From the NCBI RefSeq assembly GCF_004010195.1, contig NW_025215375.1, positions 124,001 to 166,852 on the forward strand: a stretch of 42,852 nucleotides of DNA, written 5' to 3'. The notes beneath the pieces are model-generated. The model worked only from the letters and a program-made list of their open reading frames with translations. It was not told where the DNA came from and made no database searches. This DNA comes from Chiloscyllium plagiosum. Taxonomy: Eukaryota. Shown here piece after piece: positions 12,520 through 24,808 of this stretch. Position 1 is the stretch's first letter. Each line of letters opens with the position of its first letter. Position numbers and translations under genes: made by a program.

Positions 12520-14340
12520 CCCATTCGGCTGCACCATTCAGAATGCTCATGGCTGATTCGATTGTGTCTGGCCATCCATTTTCTGTCTGTTCCCAATAAA
12601 CACTGACCCTTCTGTCCAGCGAAGATCATTCGAGTTGAGCCTTGTAAACCTTCAATAACAGAGCCTTTACTGATTCCTGAGGATGAGGACACCACAGGTT
12701 GCACAACACTAAAGTGAAAGGGACGTCGTTATTTCATTGTGGGACTGTTAATGTTCATCCATGCTCACCCCATTTCCCTGCTATTGCTGGTACCTTTCTA
12801 ATCCTTTCCTGTCCGTATATTTGTCAAAATGGCCTTTAAATGTTGTACCCACCTCAACCTCTTCTGCTGGCACCTCATTCCATATGCTTGCCAGCCCCTG
12901 TGTTCAAAAGAGATGCTCTTCAGGTTCCCTTCTATTATTTCCTCTATGACCTTAAACTGATGCCCTCTTGTCTGTGATTGTCCAAACCTGAGGAAAAAAT
13001 GATTGAATGCATTCAATTTGTCCATGCTTCCCATGATCTTATAAACTTCTACCAGATGCCCCCTCAGTCTCATACACACAAAAGCAAATACACCTAGCTT
13101 GCCCAATCTCTCCCTATAACTCAGACCATTGAGTCGTTTGCAACATCCTTGTGAATTTCTTCTGAACCCTTCCTATAGCAAAGTGAACAAAATTGAGCAT
13201 AATGCTACCTCTGTAGCCTCACCAGCATCCTGTATAACTGCAACATAACTCCCTAAGTTCGATAATCAGTGAAATACACTGGTTGAGGCCAGTGTGCCAA
13301 ATGCTTTCTTCACTTCCCTGCCTACCTCTGAATCAACTTTCAGAGAACCATGCACCTGAATTCCAAGGTCCCTCTGTTCCACTACACTCTTTAGGAACCA
13401 ACCATTCACCATGAAACTACAAACTTGATTTGAATTTCTAAAATGCTAGAACTTCCAATGATCTATATTAAAATCCAGTTGCCATTTCTCAGCCCACTTC
13501 CCCAGCTGATCAAGTTACTGCTGTAATTTCTGAAATTTCTGAAAGTTTTTCTCACTCTCCATGATGCTGCCTATTTTAGTGTCATTGTCAAACCTACAAA
13601 TCATGCCTGTACATTCTCATCTAAAACATAGATATGTGTAATATGTAATGGTCCCAGCACCAATCCGTGAGGCATTCCAATAGCCACTGTCCTCCAGTCT
13701 AATAAGCATTCTTCCAGTATTGCACTTTGCTTCCTGCCATCAAGGCAATTTTGTATCTAATTTGTCAGCCCCCGCTCAATTCCATGTGATCTAACCTTCC
13801 AGAGTAGGGTACCAGGAACCTTATTAAAGGCCTTACTGGTATCCATCTAGACTACGTATACCACCCTGCCCTCCTCAACGTTGCTGGTCACTTCATCAAA
13901 GAACTCCAACAAATGTATGAGTCATGGTTTGACATGCACAAAACCGTGCTGGCTTTGATGAAGGGCTTTAGCCCGAAACATCCATTTTCCTGCTCCGCAG
14001 ATGCTGCCTGACCTGCACTGCTTTTCCAGCACCATGAGAATCTTTCTCCGAATCACACACTGTCATTCCGAATGCACATATATTGTATCTATCAGAATCT
14101 TTCCGAGTAACTTAACTACTAGATTTTAGGTTTACCAGTCTTTCGTTCCCAAGTTTTTCTTTGTCGCCTTTCTTGAATACGGGCTCAGCATTAGCTGTCC
14201 TCCAGTCGTCCTGGACCTCACTCATTGGCCAAAGATGATGGAAAAGAACCAATCCGGGCTCCCACAATTTCTTCTCCATCTTCCTGCAGTGTTCTTAAAT
14301 ATACCTGGTCAGGACCAAGAGATTTTCAGAAATTTTGCAA
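12520..14340 (-). mobile_element. CR1 LINE 3' fragments (RT C-terminus and tail)
   Basis: ORF 12798-13106(-) reads RLRGHLVEVYKIM...TRGHQFKV; upstream antisense RT motifs (xxFSKAFxKVP-like) at ~13810-13860. Confidence 0.85.
13955..14034 (+). mobile_element. Isolated Penelope terminal fragment with minimal hammerhead motif, inserted in a CR1
   Basis: TTGATGA-A-GGGC-TTTA-GCCC-GAAAC-ATC followed by CCTGCTCC..GATGCTGCCTGACCTGC..TGCTTTTCCAGCACCA; stem II pairs perfectly. Confidence 0.75.
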
Positions 14341-14949
14341 AGTCTGAAAAATACATCTATTTATTTCAGATACAAACGTCAAAGGAAGGGAAAGTGACTC
14401 AATGATGGCTAACATAACAAATTAGAAAATATATTAAATATAGGAAGTGACTTCAGAAAAATTCCAGATATTGAGGAAAACTGAGAATTCTCAGAAAATA
14501 ATGATCCAGAGAAGAAAGACCATGAAACTGATAAGGAAATCAAAAACCGAACATGCATGCTAACAAGCAGGAACACAACGACAGCAGAAATCTACAAACT
14601 ATATTTGAAAAGAAACAAAATAAAAGCATGGTCAAATGTGGAAATTTGTAATCAGGAGAGGATTGCTTATTGTGGAGAAAACAGGGAAATGGCCAAGAAA
14701 CTAACCATTTTTTAAATCTACCTTCATGGAGGAAGATCAAAAAAATCACCCTATAATAATCACCAAGTGATCATATCGCACTTCTAGAGCAAAATCAATT
14801 CATATCAGTAACAAGGTAGCACTTGAACACGTAGCTGGATTGAGCATTTCTAAGTCTGACGAAACAGATGCACTTCCTATAAGAAAAGTCACAAATAAGT
14901 CACCAATAGACGTATTAATTGCGCTGTCGATGACTGTGTTTAGCTCCTC

Positions 14950-15965
14950 TAAGTTTTCATTTTTAAGAAGTTCCGTTTCCTTGGTGAAAACCGAAGCAAA
15001 TAAACACATTTAGGGCTTCCTCTATGTATTCAGACTCCACGCACAAATTCCCTCCTCTATCCCTGATCGACCCTAACTTCTCCTTGATCATTTTCTTATT
15101 CCTCACGTTCGAGTAAAACGCCTTTGGGTTCTCCTAAACTTTCTTGCCAAGCCTTTATCGTGCCCCCTCCTGACTCTCCTCAGTCCATTTCAGAGCTCCT
15201 TTCTAGCAAGCCTGTAATCCTCTAAATCTGTGTTAGATCCTTGCTTCTTCCACCTTATGAAAGCTGCCTTCTTACTTTTGACAAGAACTTCCTATGCTCT
15301 CATCGTCCAAGGCTCCTTAATCTTACCTCTTCTTACCTGCCTCAGAGGAACAAATTTGTGCGTAATTCGCAACAACTGGTCCTTAAATAGTTTCCACATG
15401 TCTGTTGTGCCCTTTCTGTGGAATAATTGCTCCCAGTCTATACTTCCAGACTCCTGTCTGATAGGTTCATAATTTCCTTTTCTCCAATTAAATATTTTCC
15501 CTTGTTATTGCGCCTTTCACTCTCCAAGGCTATGCTAAATGTGAGGCAGTTATGATCACTGTCACCAAAATGCTCTCCCACCGCGAGATGTGACAGCTGT
15601 TCTGGCTCGTTGCCGAGAACCAAATCCAAAATGGCATCTCCTCTCGTCAGACTGTCGACATGATGAGTATGTCAACACTCCTGAACACAGCTGACAAAAG
15701 TGGCTGCATCCAACCCATCTACACTCAGGAGCTTCCAGTCGATATTGGGAAAGTCGAAATCACCCATGACAACTGCCCTGCTACTTTTGCATTTTTCCAG
15801 AATCTGCCCGCCTATGAGATCTTCAATCTCTCTACTGCTTTTAGATGGTCAATAGAAAGTCACCAATGCGGTGGCTGTTCCCTTGCTGTACCTAACTCCC
15901 ATTCACACTGACTGAGCAGACAAACCTTCCTCAACAGCCTTCTTTTCTGAAGCTGTGATGCACTC
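14950..15965 (-). mobile_element. CR1 LINE ORF2 endonuclease/linker fragment
   Basis: ORF 15438-15629(-) reads DLVLGNEP...VGEHFGDSDHN (APE SDH motif); VVMGDFDFP in antisense at ~15750-15775. Confidence 0.85.
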
Positions 15966-15974
15966 TCGAGCTTT

Positions 15975-17560
15975 CAGTCTTGCTCATCGTGTTAGGCACA
16001 ATCATAAGATGGCCATGACAGGCTGCTGTTGCGGCCTCATCGACAGCACGGTTACCAAAGTCGACAGGGATTGGCCAGTGGTATGCGAGTACCTGAAGAG
16101 GTCAAAAACCCTGCATTTTTCCAGAATTGACCAAAAACATTCACAACTCTGAAGTCAGTGTACATGTTAACACGAAGGCCTGTCCAAAGACGCAGGCACT
16201 GATAATGTCAAAATTTCAGCTTGTTGAGCAGAAAAGGAAATCTCAAAAGAAGCTGAATCCAGGATGAAGCCACCACCATCAATTATTGTGTCGCATGACA
16301 ATTGAGTGCCTGTATGGTCAGGAGAACATATTGATGCCACTGTCTGTGAGAGGGGCATGGGAAAGGTCTGGACGAATTTGGATGTCCTCATTGATGAGCA
16401 GAATTCAGTCCTGATCTGGAGTTGATAAGGTTAATGGGGGAAGGGCAAGGAAATTGGCAGGATTAATGGTGGCACAATGCCGAAACGTCAGCCGGAGGTT
16501 CGTTGAAGAGGTAAATCTCATAACGGTTTTGGCGTGCCCCAGTCAAATGTTGAGTTTGCAATTATCCCAACTGGGCGATCACCACATAAGAACGGTAGAC
16601 GACAATATCCTGCTGAAGTGTAAGGGTGTCTGTGGACTGTAATCTAAGATAAATAGCGTTAAGTATCTGAGTACAACCTTGATATCCTAAGGCAACAGAG
16701 TCAAGTTTAGTAGAGAAATAGGCAACCGGGCAGTGGTGATCTCCATGTAGTTAAGTGAGAACTGAGGAAGCACAGTCATCCACAATCGTGCAGTAAAGTT
16801 GGAAAGGTCTGTCGTAGAGGGGCCTTCCCAAAGCTGGAGCTTGTGACAAAGCTTGTTTGTCGAAGGCTTGCTATGCCTCTGAGAGCTCGAAGGTACCTTC
16901 ACAGGAAGTAAAGGGGGTCAATATCTGAATGAGTAGGGCAGCGTTAGGGATCCATTGTCGGCAGAATTTGACCATACCCAGCCACGGACGAACCTGTGTC
17001 ACCTTTGTTGGGACCGGGAGGTTGACGATAGGAGTAATACGGATCTGCTCAAGGGAGCGTGAATCAGCTGACAGCATGAAACCTAAAAACTATACCTGAC
17101 GTTGTACAATTGAGACTTTTTCGGGAGAAGCAACATAGCCCAGACGTTTCAGATAGATTAGTAGGAGGACAACATCGGAGTGATCAGATTCTTCATCTAG
17201 ACTGGCAACAAGGAGGTCATCTCCATATTGGATCAGTGCAGACCCACCTATAATGGTGAGAGACCGCAATTGTTTCTGTAAGTCCTGACAGAAAAGGGTC
17301 GGAGAATGTATGAAGCCCTGAGATAATCGAGTCCACATCAACTGCTGGCCAATAAAAGTAAAGACAAATAGGTACTGACTGTCTTCAAGAAGCAGAGAGA
17401 AAAAAAAACAAACATGTTGCATGTCGATAACAATGAAACATTTAGCGTCTGATGGTAACAAGACCAGAATATGACCTAGATTTGGGACCACTGCATGATT
17501 AGGCAGTGCAATAGCATTGATAGCTCTATAATCTTGAACCAGTTGATACTGGTCTGGAGT
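15975..17560 (-). pseudogene. pol: Retroviral pol remnant (RT, connection, RNase H)
   Basis: YQLVQDYRAIN..VVPN; IDMQH..FF; SQYLFVFTF.GQQLMWTRLSQGFIHSPTLF; LIQYGDDLLVAS (YxDD); WLGMVKFCRQWIP; INPANFL; SAQQAEI; GNRAVDEAA. Stops and frameshifts are present. Confidence 0.9.
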
Positions 17561-17804
17561 GCCAAATTTTTGGACAACTCCCTAGAGTCCCCGACTCCTT
17601 TTTTTTCATTTGGTAATGTGTTCTTATTAGGACCTCTTCGGGCTGCACTTGGATGAAAGAGAGTGGGGGGTCTAGTCAACCACGTTTGAATGTGAGGAAA
17701 ACCAAATGGAGAAAATACTCACATCTGGCCAGGCAAATTTCTCTACATTCAATCGTGGAGGTCTGAAGCCTCTTACACTATTGTCAGCAATCTATCCATA
17801 CCGA

Positions 17805-17822
17805 ATCCGAGTCACGACACCA
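17805..17822 (-). promoter_or_regulatory. Primer-binding site complementary to tRNA-His
   Basis: Minus strand TGGTGTCGTGACTCGGAT matches TGGTGCCGTGACTCGGAT at 17/18 positions and lies 2 nt from the LTR end (...CATCA). Confidence 0.85.
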
Positions 17823-17824
17823 GA

Positions 17825-18523
17825 TGATGATCTGGACCCCGGCAAAGTCTCTCGCTTCGGCGAACGGTAAATAAACACTCGTAATTGATCTGGCTGTTAA
17901 GAATGTATTCTTTATTTTTCACAAGGCCCAGTATAGAGCGTGCAGAAACACAGAGGTTATACCCTTCCGTGTTCCTTGGTGTAACTGTGCACAAAGCTGA
18001 AAACAAAGACTTTTTAAAATACTATTCTAAATGAAGGATACAGGCCATGATCGAATAGTACATTCAGAAAATTGCCAATCAATACTCGATATTGCTTTAT
18101 GTGATAGTTCCTTGGTCCAATGATATTTCCTGGGAAACAACTTTATGTTCCAACACTCAGGCCACTCTTGTATCACTAACTGAGCCATTGCACCTGCACC
18201 CAAAGGCCGGCTAAAACTGCCTTATCTTGCTGAGTTATTTCTATGCTTTAAGTGGCGCATTGTCTGCTAATCACTACTGAATCAGACTGTGGTTAGTCAC
18301 TTATATTGAATTAGCACTCAGTCACATAAAAGCCATTTTCTGCAGCTTTAGCAGATTTGACAGTTTGCAGCCTAAAAGCCATTTTGTCGTGTTATTTGCA
18401 CCAAGAAGCCATCATGTGGCCATCTAGGTTATGAATAGCATCTGTTAAATGGTCACAACTGACTACAAATGGTCACCTCAGCCTGTATTCAGGTGTCAGG
18501 TCATCACCTATCCCTCTGCAACA
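17825..18523 (-). repeat. 5' LTR of the ERV (~700 bp)
   Basis: Minus strand TGTTG...CATCA; AATAAA at 17916-17911; TATA-like TTTTAAAAA near 18010-18020; abuts the PBS. The far (U3) boundary is inferred. Confidence 0.7.
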
Positions 18524-19362
18524 GGCTCAAGATGTTGCAAGGCCTCCTACTAACCCTCTGTAATAGGCCTGAGACATTAAATGACACAGTAACCCGTGGA
18601 TTATGAATGGCTGGTAAACTGTATCAAATGAACTTCTTTCCCTTCTCAGTTACAGAAACTCAAACAGCACAGTGCACTCCAGGTACCCTCTCAGTAACAC
18701 CTCATACAGCTTCTCTAATACTTTTCTCTCGTTTGAATAGTTCCCTTTGCAAAACTTGCGAAAATCCCATCTTTCCACATCTTCATGTGGGAATAAGCTA
18801 GTGTGGGCTGAATGGCCTCCTCCTATCCATCTGTAACAGGCACATTGGGAGAGAATTGCGTACCCCATTCTTGAGTATCTGTCCCAATGTTTTCCCTCAA
18901 AGTTATGAAAGGATGTGATAAATGGGCTCTTTCATCCAGGCGTGGCCACACACAACGTCATTTGTCAATAAATATCGTACCTTTGCTTAAGGTGTCTAGA
19001 AAATTCCCCACCAGTCATTTTTTGTAGCTGTTTTGTTATCTTATGCCTGTATTCTTTTATAAAAAGGGTGGGGGATGTGCAAACCTGCAGTGTTCCAGCA
19101 ATACGCCCGCATGCAAGGAAAAACAATTAAATAGTTTGAAAGATTTATGGTCCATCCGTCAGTAACGCTCGTGTTTTCCATCCAGACTGAGGAAATGCTC
19201 ACATTTCTTTTGATATGAAAAGGGATGTAACGAAGGGTTTGACTGAGCCTATCTTTTCAGTGACTGTGATTAATGCCGATCTCCATGGATTCTAATTATC
19301 CCAGTGGCGAGTTCCCATCTTTTAATGATAAATGAGCTCCGTTCAATGTGTTATTCCATTGT

Positions 19363-19603
19363 ATGGGTGGGAACATCACCGACTCTACTAACAGAGATCA
19401 GCACCTCCAAAGAGAAGGGGAGGAGAGATCAGTATCTGAGAAATTAGACTGGAATGTTCCAACAATGGATCAGAGTTTATCCAATGATTTTTCTGTCCTT
19501 CCTACATATTATGATCAGTTGTTATTTTCATTGCGGATCTATTTTGCTCTTTGCATTATTCAATACTTTTATTATCCACTTCTGTCTATCGTTGGTCTCC
19601 CTG
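19363..19603 (+). CDS. First coding exon of a GPR139/GPR142-family GPCR (copy B): N-terminus and first half of TM1; start at ATG 19363 or 19465
   Basis: Reads MGGNITD...MDQSLSNDFSVLPTYYDQLLFSLRIYFALCIIQYFYYPLLSIVGLP and ends at a consensus donor CCTG/GTAAGT (phase 1). This fits the acceptor at 38948 to give GLP-V-NVVAI, the intron position I recall for GPR139. Confidence 0.8.
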
Positions 19604-19984
19604 GTAAGTCTCACTCTCCAGCTATTTTTCCTATGAACCAGTTATGACTGCGTTACTGTTCTTTCATAGACTCTTCACTTCTTGCCACCATTATTGATCC
19701 TATTGAGACTCTGAATCCAGATATTCACTCTGCAGAATACTACAAACTGTATCAGGGAACTTGTTCAATTACTGTCTCCCTCCTTGCTTCTGGCAGTGTT
19801 ACTCATGGGTCTCCATGTTAACCAACAGAGTTTCAGCGGTGACCCATTGCCTCACTGCCCTTGATATTTACATATTGTGAGCATGGGCGTCACTGCCCTC
19901 TGTTACGTTGACAAGCTCCGTTTCCTTCATCTGATTCCATACCATCCAAGTCCAAGAGCTTTTAAGAATATATTTGTGGGACTT

Positions 19985-20150
19985 AGACATCGCTCAATGG
20001 CCAGCATTGATAGCCCATCCGATTTGCCTTTGGGAGGGTGGTGGTGAGCTGCCTCCTTTAATCGCTGCAATCCACTTGCTGTGGGTTGACTCACAATGCC
20101 GGTAGGGAGGGAATTTCAGGATCTTGACCCAACCACTGTGAAGGAATGGT
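19985..20150 (-). mobile_element. 3' end of a LINE family related to the Deu-type SINE tails
   Basis: GGCCAGCATT.AT.GCCCATCC..TTGCC...GGTGGTGGTGAGCTGCC motif, also seen at ~29010-29070. Confidence 0.55.
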
Positions 20151-20164
20151 GTAGTGACAGGACA

Positions 20165-20978
20165 CTGAAGGAGAGCAAATGTCCTCTTGTTCAAGAAGGG
20201 AAGTAGATACAACCCTGGCAATTATAGACGAGTGAGCCTTACTTCAGTTGTGAGTAGAGTATTGGGCAAGGTTACCAGAGATAGAATTTATCAAAGTCTT
20301 GAGAGGAATAAGTTGATTAGGGATCGTCAACACGGTTTGTGAAATGTACGTTGTGCCCTACAAACCTTATTGAGTTCTTTGAGAAAGTGACCAAACAGGT
20401 GGATGATGGTAAAGTGGTTGATGTAGTGGATATGTATTTCAGGAAGGTGTTTGATAAGGTACCCCATGGGAGGCTATTGCTCAAAATGCAAAGGCATGGG
20501 ATTGAGGGCGTTTTAGTGGTTTGGATCAGACATTGGCTAGTTAAAAGCAGGCAGAGGGTGGAGGTTGATGGGAAATGTTCATCCTGGAGTTCAATTGATA
20601 ATGGTGAACCGCAAGGATCTGATTTGGGGCAACTGCTGCTTGTCATATTTATAAAACTCCTAGATGATGGTGCAGAAGGATGGCTTAGTAAACTTTCAGA
20701 ATACACTAAGGTTTTGGAGTAGTGGATAATGCTGAAAGACGTTGGGGGTTACGCAGAGACATAGATAAAATGCGCAGCTGGGCTTAGAGTTTGCAAATAG
20801 ATTTAAATGTGTACAAGTGTGAGGTGATACACTCCAGAAAGAGCAACAGGAATAAAAAATACTGAAATGATGGGAAGATTCATGGTCATGAGGACGACCA
20901 GAGAGAACTCGGTGTTTATGTGCATGGATCCACGTAAGCTGACAGAACGGTTGATAGGGTGGTTAATAAGGTATAGCT
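20165..20978 (+). mobile_element. CR1 LINE RT fragment
   Basis: ORF 20339-20722: TNLIEFFEKVTKQVDDGKVVDVVDMYFRKVFDKVPHGRLL...GEPQGSDLG. Confidence 0.9.
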
Positions 20979-22733
20979 GGGGGGAATTCAAGATGGTGGC
21001 CATTCAGTACGTTTGCCTTGCTGAACTCCGCACCAGAAAAAAAAATGAGGCACTCACTCTCCCTTTATTACTTATTATGGTCGATATCATTAGTTTTTGA
21101 CGCCCAGAATTGCTGTCTATGAGTTTAGCATTGTTAGAGAAATGTGTAAAGGGAAGGGACTGCGAGGTGTGCAACAAGCAGGGCGCCCCCCTACAGAAAG
21201 GGACACGTCTGCGCCTGAATCATCGACCTCTGCGAGCGCCCGGGGACTCAGCTGTGGAGCAGAACCTGGCCTTGGAGTTTGTGAAAATCTGAGAGAAGAT
21301 CGATTCAGCGATGGAGGAGACCCGGGTCAGGCTTGAACCGATCTCTGTCATAGCCAGGAGATCCAGTGTCACAGGCAGCACATCATGGATGTGGAGCAAC
21401 GGACTGAAGCCTCTGAAAAGGCAGGGGAATCCTTGGTGTGCCAGGTCCAGGCCCTGGAACAGCAGGTACGGGCTTTCAAAGAGCAGGTCGATGATCTCGA
21501 AAATTATGGCAGTCGGAACAACGTCTGCCTAGTCGGACTGCAGGAACAGGAAGAAGGATTCCAGCTGGTCAGCTTGTTGGAGCAATGGCTCCCGCAGTCA
21601 TTGAAGCTGGGACTCGGGTCGGGCCATGTTCGGGTGAGTGGGCCCACAGATGCAGTGCACAGGTCAGAAACGGACCAGCGCCCCCACGGGTCCTAGTGCT
21701 ACACTAACAGTTACAGAGATCAGCATTCAGTGCTGCAAACTTCTTGAGCAATGCAGAAGGAGCCACAGGCTTTGATATACAAGGGATCGCAAATTATGCT
21801 TTTCCAAAACTTTTCTGCGATCGTGGTTCGCAAAAGGAAGGCCGTTGATGAGTTAAAAAGCCGGCTGAGGGGCTTGAGTATCCTGTACTCTCGAAGATAT
21901 CCGGCAATGTTACTTTTCAGCCATGGAGGGTCCGTGGTTAATTTTCACCCACCATAAAAGGCAATGGACTTTCTGGACTCTTTATAATAGACAGGCTGGC
22001 TGAAACAATATGGACAATAACGTTTATTTTATTTTTTCCCCGTGGTTTACCTGTTCATCCTTTTTATATATATTTGTGGCTGGCCTTCTTTTGTTCTTTT
22101 TCTCTCTCTTCTCCCTTCTCTCTCTCTCCTCCTGTTACCCTTTGATTGTGTATTTTTTATTTCTATCATTTCCTTTTCATTTTCATTTCTCTCCCTTGAA
22201 TGTGGTTGGAGAAGCCGGGGCTGGGTGTTTTTTTTTAACCAGAAGTCCCAGGGTTAAAGCACTGATAGAACAGATTGATTTTCTTATTATAAGGTGCTGT
22301 GTGGGCTTGGGGTCAAGCTTCAGCTGGAAGGAGCCATGAAGGGGTTCGTGGGTATTATGAGCGTCCCCTGTGGACAATGGGGAAAAGTCTCCTTTTATTT
22401 TTGTGAGTTGTTCGTCTGTTGTGCACGTAGATTGTTAGAAGTTTTGATCTGGTAGTTTTGGAAATTGCATTTTTAAATTTAAACAAACTATTTGCTGTTT
22501 TCCCTCGGCACGCTATCAGTGGGCTGCATCCTCCTAAAGTGTCATGTACTATTTCAGTCGGGTATGGCTGACCGTTCAGTTAAATGGTGCACCTGGAATG
22601 TTAAGGGGAGTCATTCACCAAATAAGACTAAAAATATGCTTTCAAGCCTGAGAAAAAAAAAGAGGGTTGATGCCACCTTGCTGCAAGAAACACATCTAAC
22701 CAGTAAGGAGCACTTCAATTTACGGCAGGCAGT

Positions 22734-24808
22734 AAAAAGAAGAACAAAGAAAATTTGCAGACCAGGATCAGGCCTTTCGGCCCTCCAAGCTTGAGCTGAT
22801 CCAAATGTACTGTCTTGACCTGTCAGTCAATTCCTAATCATCTATTTCCCTCTGCCCCAAACCAACTCACGCATCTGTCCAGAGGCATCTGAAATGAATC
22901 CACCGTGCCTTCCCTCTACCACGTCTGCTGGCAACGCGTTCCAAACGCCCACCACCCTCTGTGTGAAGTACTTGCTGCGTGTTCCCCTTTAAACTTTCCA
23001 CCTCTCACCTTGAAAGCGTGACCTCTCCTCTCGTTATTGAATCCTTCTCCCTGGGAAAAAGTTGTCTCTATCCACCCTATCTTTCTTCATGATTTTATAA
23101 ACCTCAATCAGTTTCCCCCCTCAATCTCCTTATTTCTAATGAAAATTAACCTAACCTACTCAACCTTTCTTCATAGCCAGCTCCTTCCATACCTGGCAAC
23201 ATCCTCGTAAATATTCTCTGCACCCTCTCCAAAGCGTCCACATCCTTTTGGTAATGTAGCGATAAGGACTGCACACAGTATTCTGAATGCAGCCGAACCA
23301 ATGTCTTGTACAATGTTAACATGACTTGTCAGCTCTTATAAGCAATACCCCATCCAATGAAGGCAAACATGAGATATGCCTTCTTGACAACTCTATCCAC
23401 CTGTGCAGCAACCTTCAGGGTACAATGGACCTGCACTCCCAGATCTCAATACCCATCAACTTTTCCCAAGGCTCTTCCATTCATTCTATAATTTGCTCGA
23501 GAATTAATCTTGCCTAATTGCATCACGAACCAATGTCTTGTACAATGTTAACATGACTTGCCAGCTCTTATAAACAATACCCCATCCAATGAAGGCAAAC
23601 ATGAGGTATGCCTTCCGAAAACTCTATCCACCTGTGCAGCAACCTTCAGGGTACAATGGACCTGCACTCCCAGATCTCAATGCCCATCAACGTTTCCCAA
23701 GGCTCTTCCATTCATTCTATAATTTGCTCGAGAATTAATCTTGCCTAATTGCATCACCACACATTTGTTTCGATTAAAATCCATCTGCCACTTTTCTGCC
23801 CAACTCGCCAGTCTAGCTATCTCCTGCTGTATTCTCTGACAGTCCCTTATGTTCTCTGCTACTCCACGAATCTTCGTGTCATCTGCAAACTTGCTGATCA
23901 TACCAACAGTGCCCTCTTCCAGATCATTTATGTATATAACGAACAACAGTGTCCCCAACACTGACCCCTGTGGAACACCTCTGGTCACCTTTCTTCATTT
24001 CGAATAACTCCCTTCAACTACTACACTCTGTCTCCTGCTGCTTAACCAGTTCTTTATCCACCTAGCGGGAACACCCTGCACACAGTATGACTTCATTTTC
24101 TCCATTAGTCTACCATGGGGAATCTTATCAAACGCCTTAATAAAGTCCATGTATATGAAATCAATAGCCCTTCCTTCATCTATCAAATTGGTCACATCCT
24201 CAAAGAACACTATTAAGTTGGTAAGGAAAGATCTCCCACACACAAAACCATGTTGACCATCACTGATATGCCCATTCTTTTCTAAATATAAATAGATCCT
24301 ATCCCTCAGTACCTTCTGCAGCAACTTCCCCAACACCTTCAGGCTCACTGGTCTGTGGTTACCCGGAATATCCCGACTACTCTTCTTGCACAGGGGGATA
24401 ACATAAGCAATCCTCCAGTCCGCCGGCACGTCACCTGTATTTAAGGATGCCACAAAGACATCTGTCAGGACCCCAACTATTTCCTCTTTCATCTCCCTCA
24501 TCAACATTGGAAAGATCCCATCAGGTTCTGTGGTTTCGTCCACCTTAATAACCCTTAGCCTACCCAACACATCTTCTCTACTTATGTCAACGTGATCCAG
24601 AGTAACCAAACTTTTATCTCTAATCTCAACATTCATCATGTTCCTCTCCTCCGTGAACACTGATGCTAAGTAATCATTCAGAATCTCACCCATTCTCTCA
24701 GGTTCGACACACAGCCTTCCTTCATTATCCTTTAGTGGAAAAATCATTTTCCTAGTTTCCCCGTGCTTCTTATATAAGGATAAACGCTTTGGGATACTCC
24801 TTAATTCA
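22734..24808 (-). mobile_element. Relatively young, 5'-truncated CR1 LINE inserted in L1 ORF2
   Basis: ORFs 23995-24747 and 23677-23988(-): DFIKAFDKIPH, GVPQGSVLG, ISKFADDTKI; short-repeat tail at 22734-22752. Confidence 0.95.
23295..23757. repeat. Direct tandem duplication of ~232 bp inside the CR1
   Basis: GAACCAATGTCTTGTACAATG...TTGCATCAC occurs at 23295-23526 and 23527-23757 with only a few differences. Confidence 0.95.

Larger units (their letters stand above)
15970..18523 (-). mobile_element. Defective class I (epsilon/gamma-like) endogenous retrovirus: 5' LTR, PBS(His), leader, RT and RNase H; gag-pro deleted and 3' end truncated
   Basis: LTR, tRNA-His PBS and retroviral pol motifs lie in the correct order on the minus strand. 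Confidence 0.85.

Noticed and set aside
12165..12704. 179-aa Cys-rich repetitive ORF on the minus strand, superficially like keratin-associated proteins or metallothionein
   Set aside because: It is explained by the 63-bp minisatellite plus a CR1 tail; other frames are open too and there is no gene structure.
17802..17822. tRNA-His gene
   Set aside because: Only the 3'-terminal 21 nt including CCA are present, next to an LTR; this is a primer-binding site.
21142..21987. Domesticated L1TD1-like gene, or a SCAN-domain host gene at 26994-27254
   Set aside because: Both carry stops and frameshifts and sit in full transposon context.
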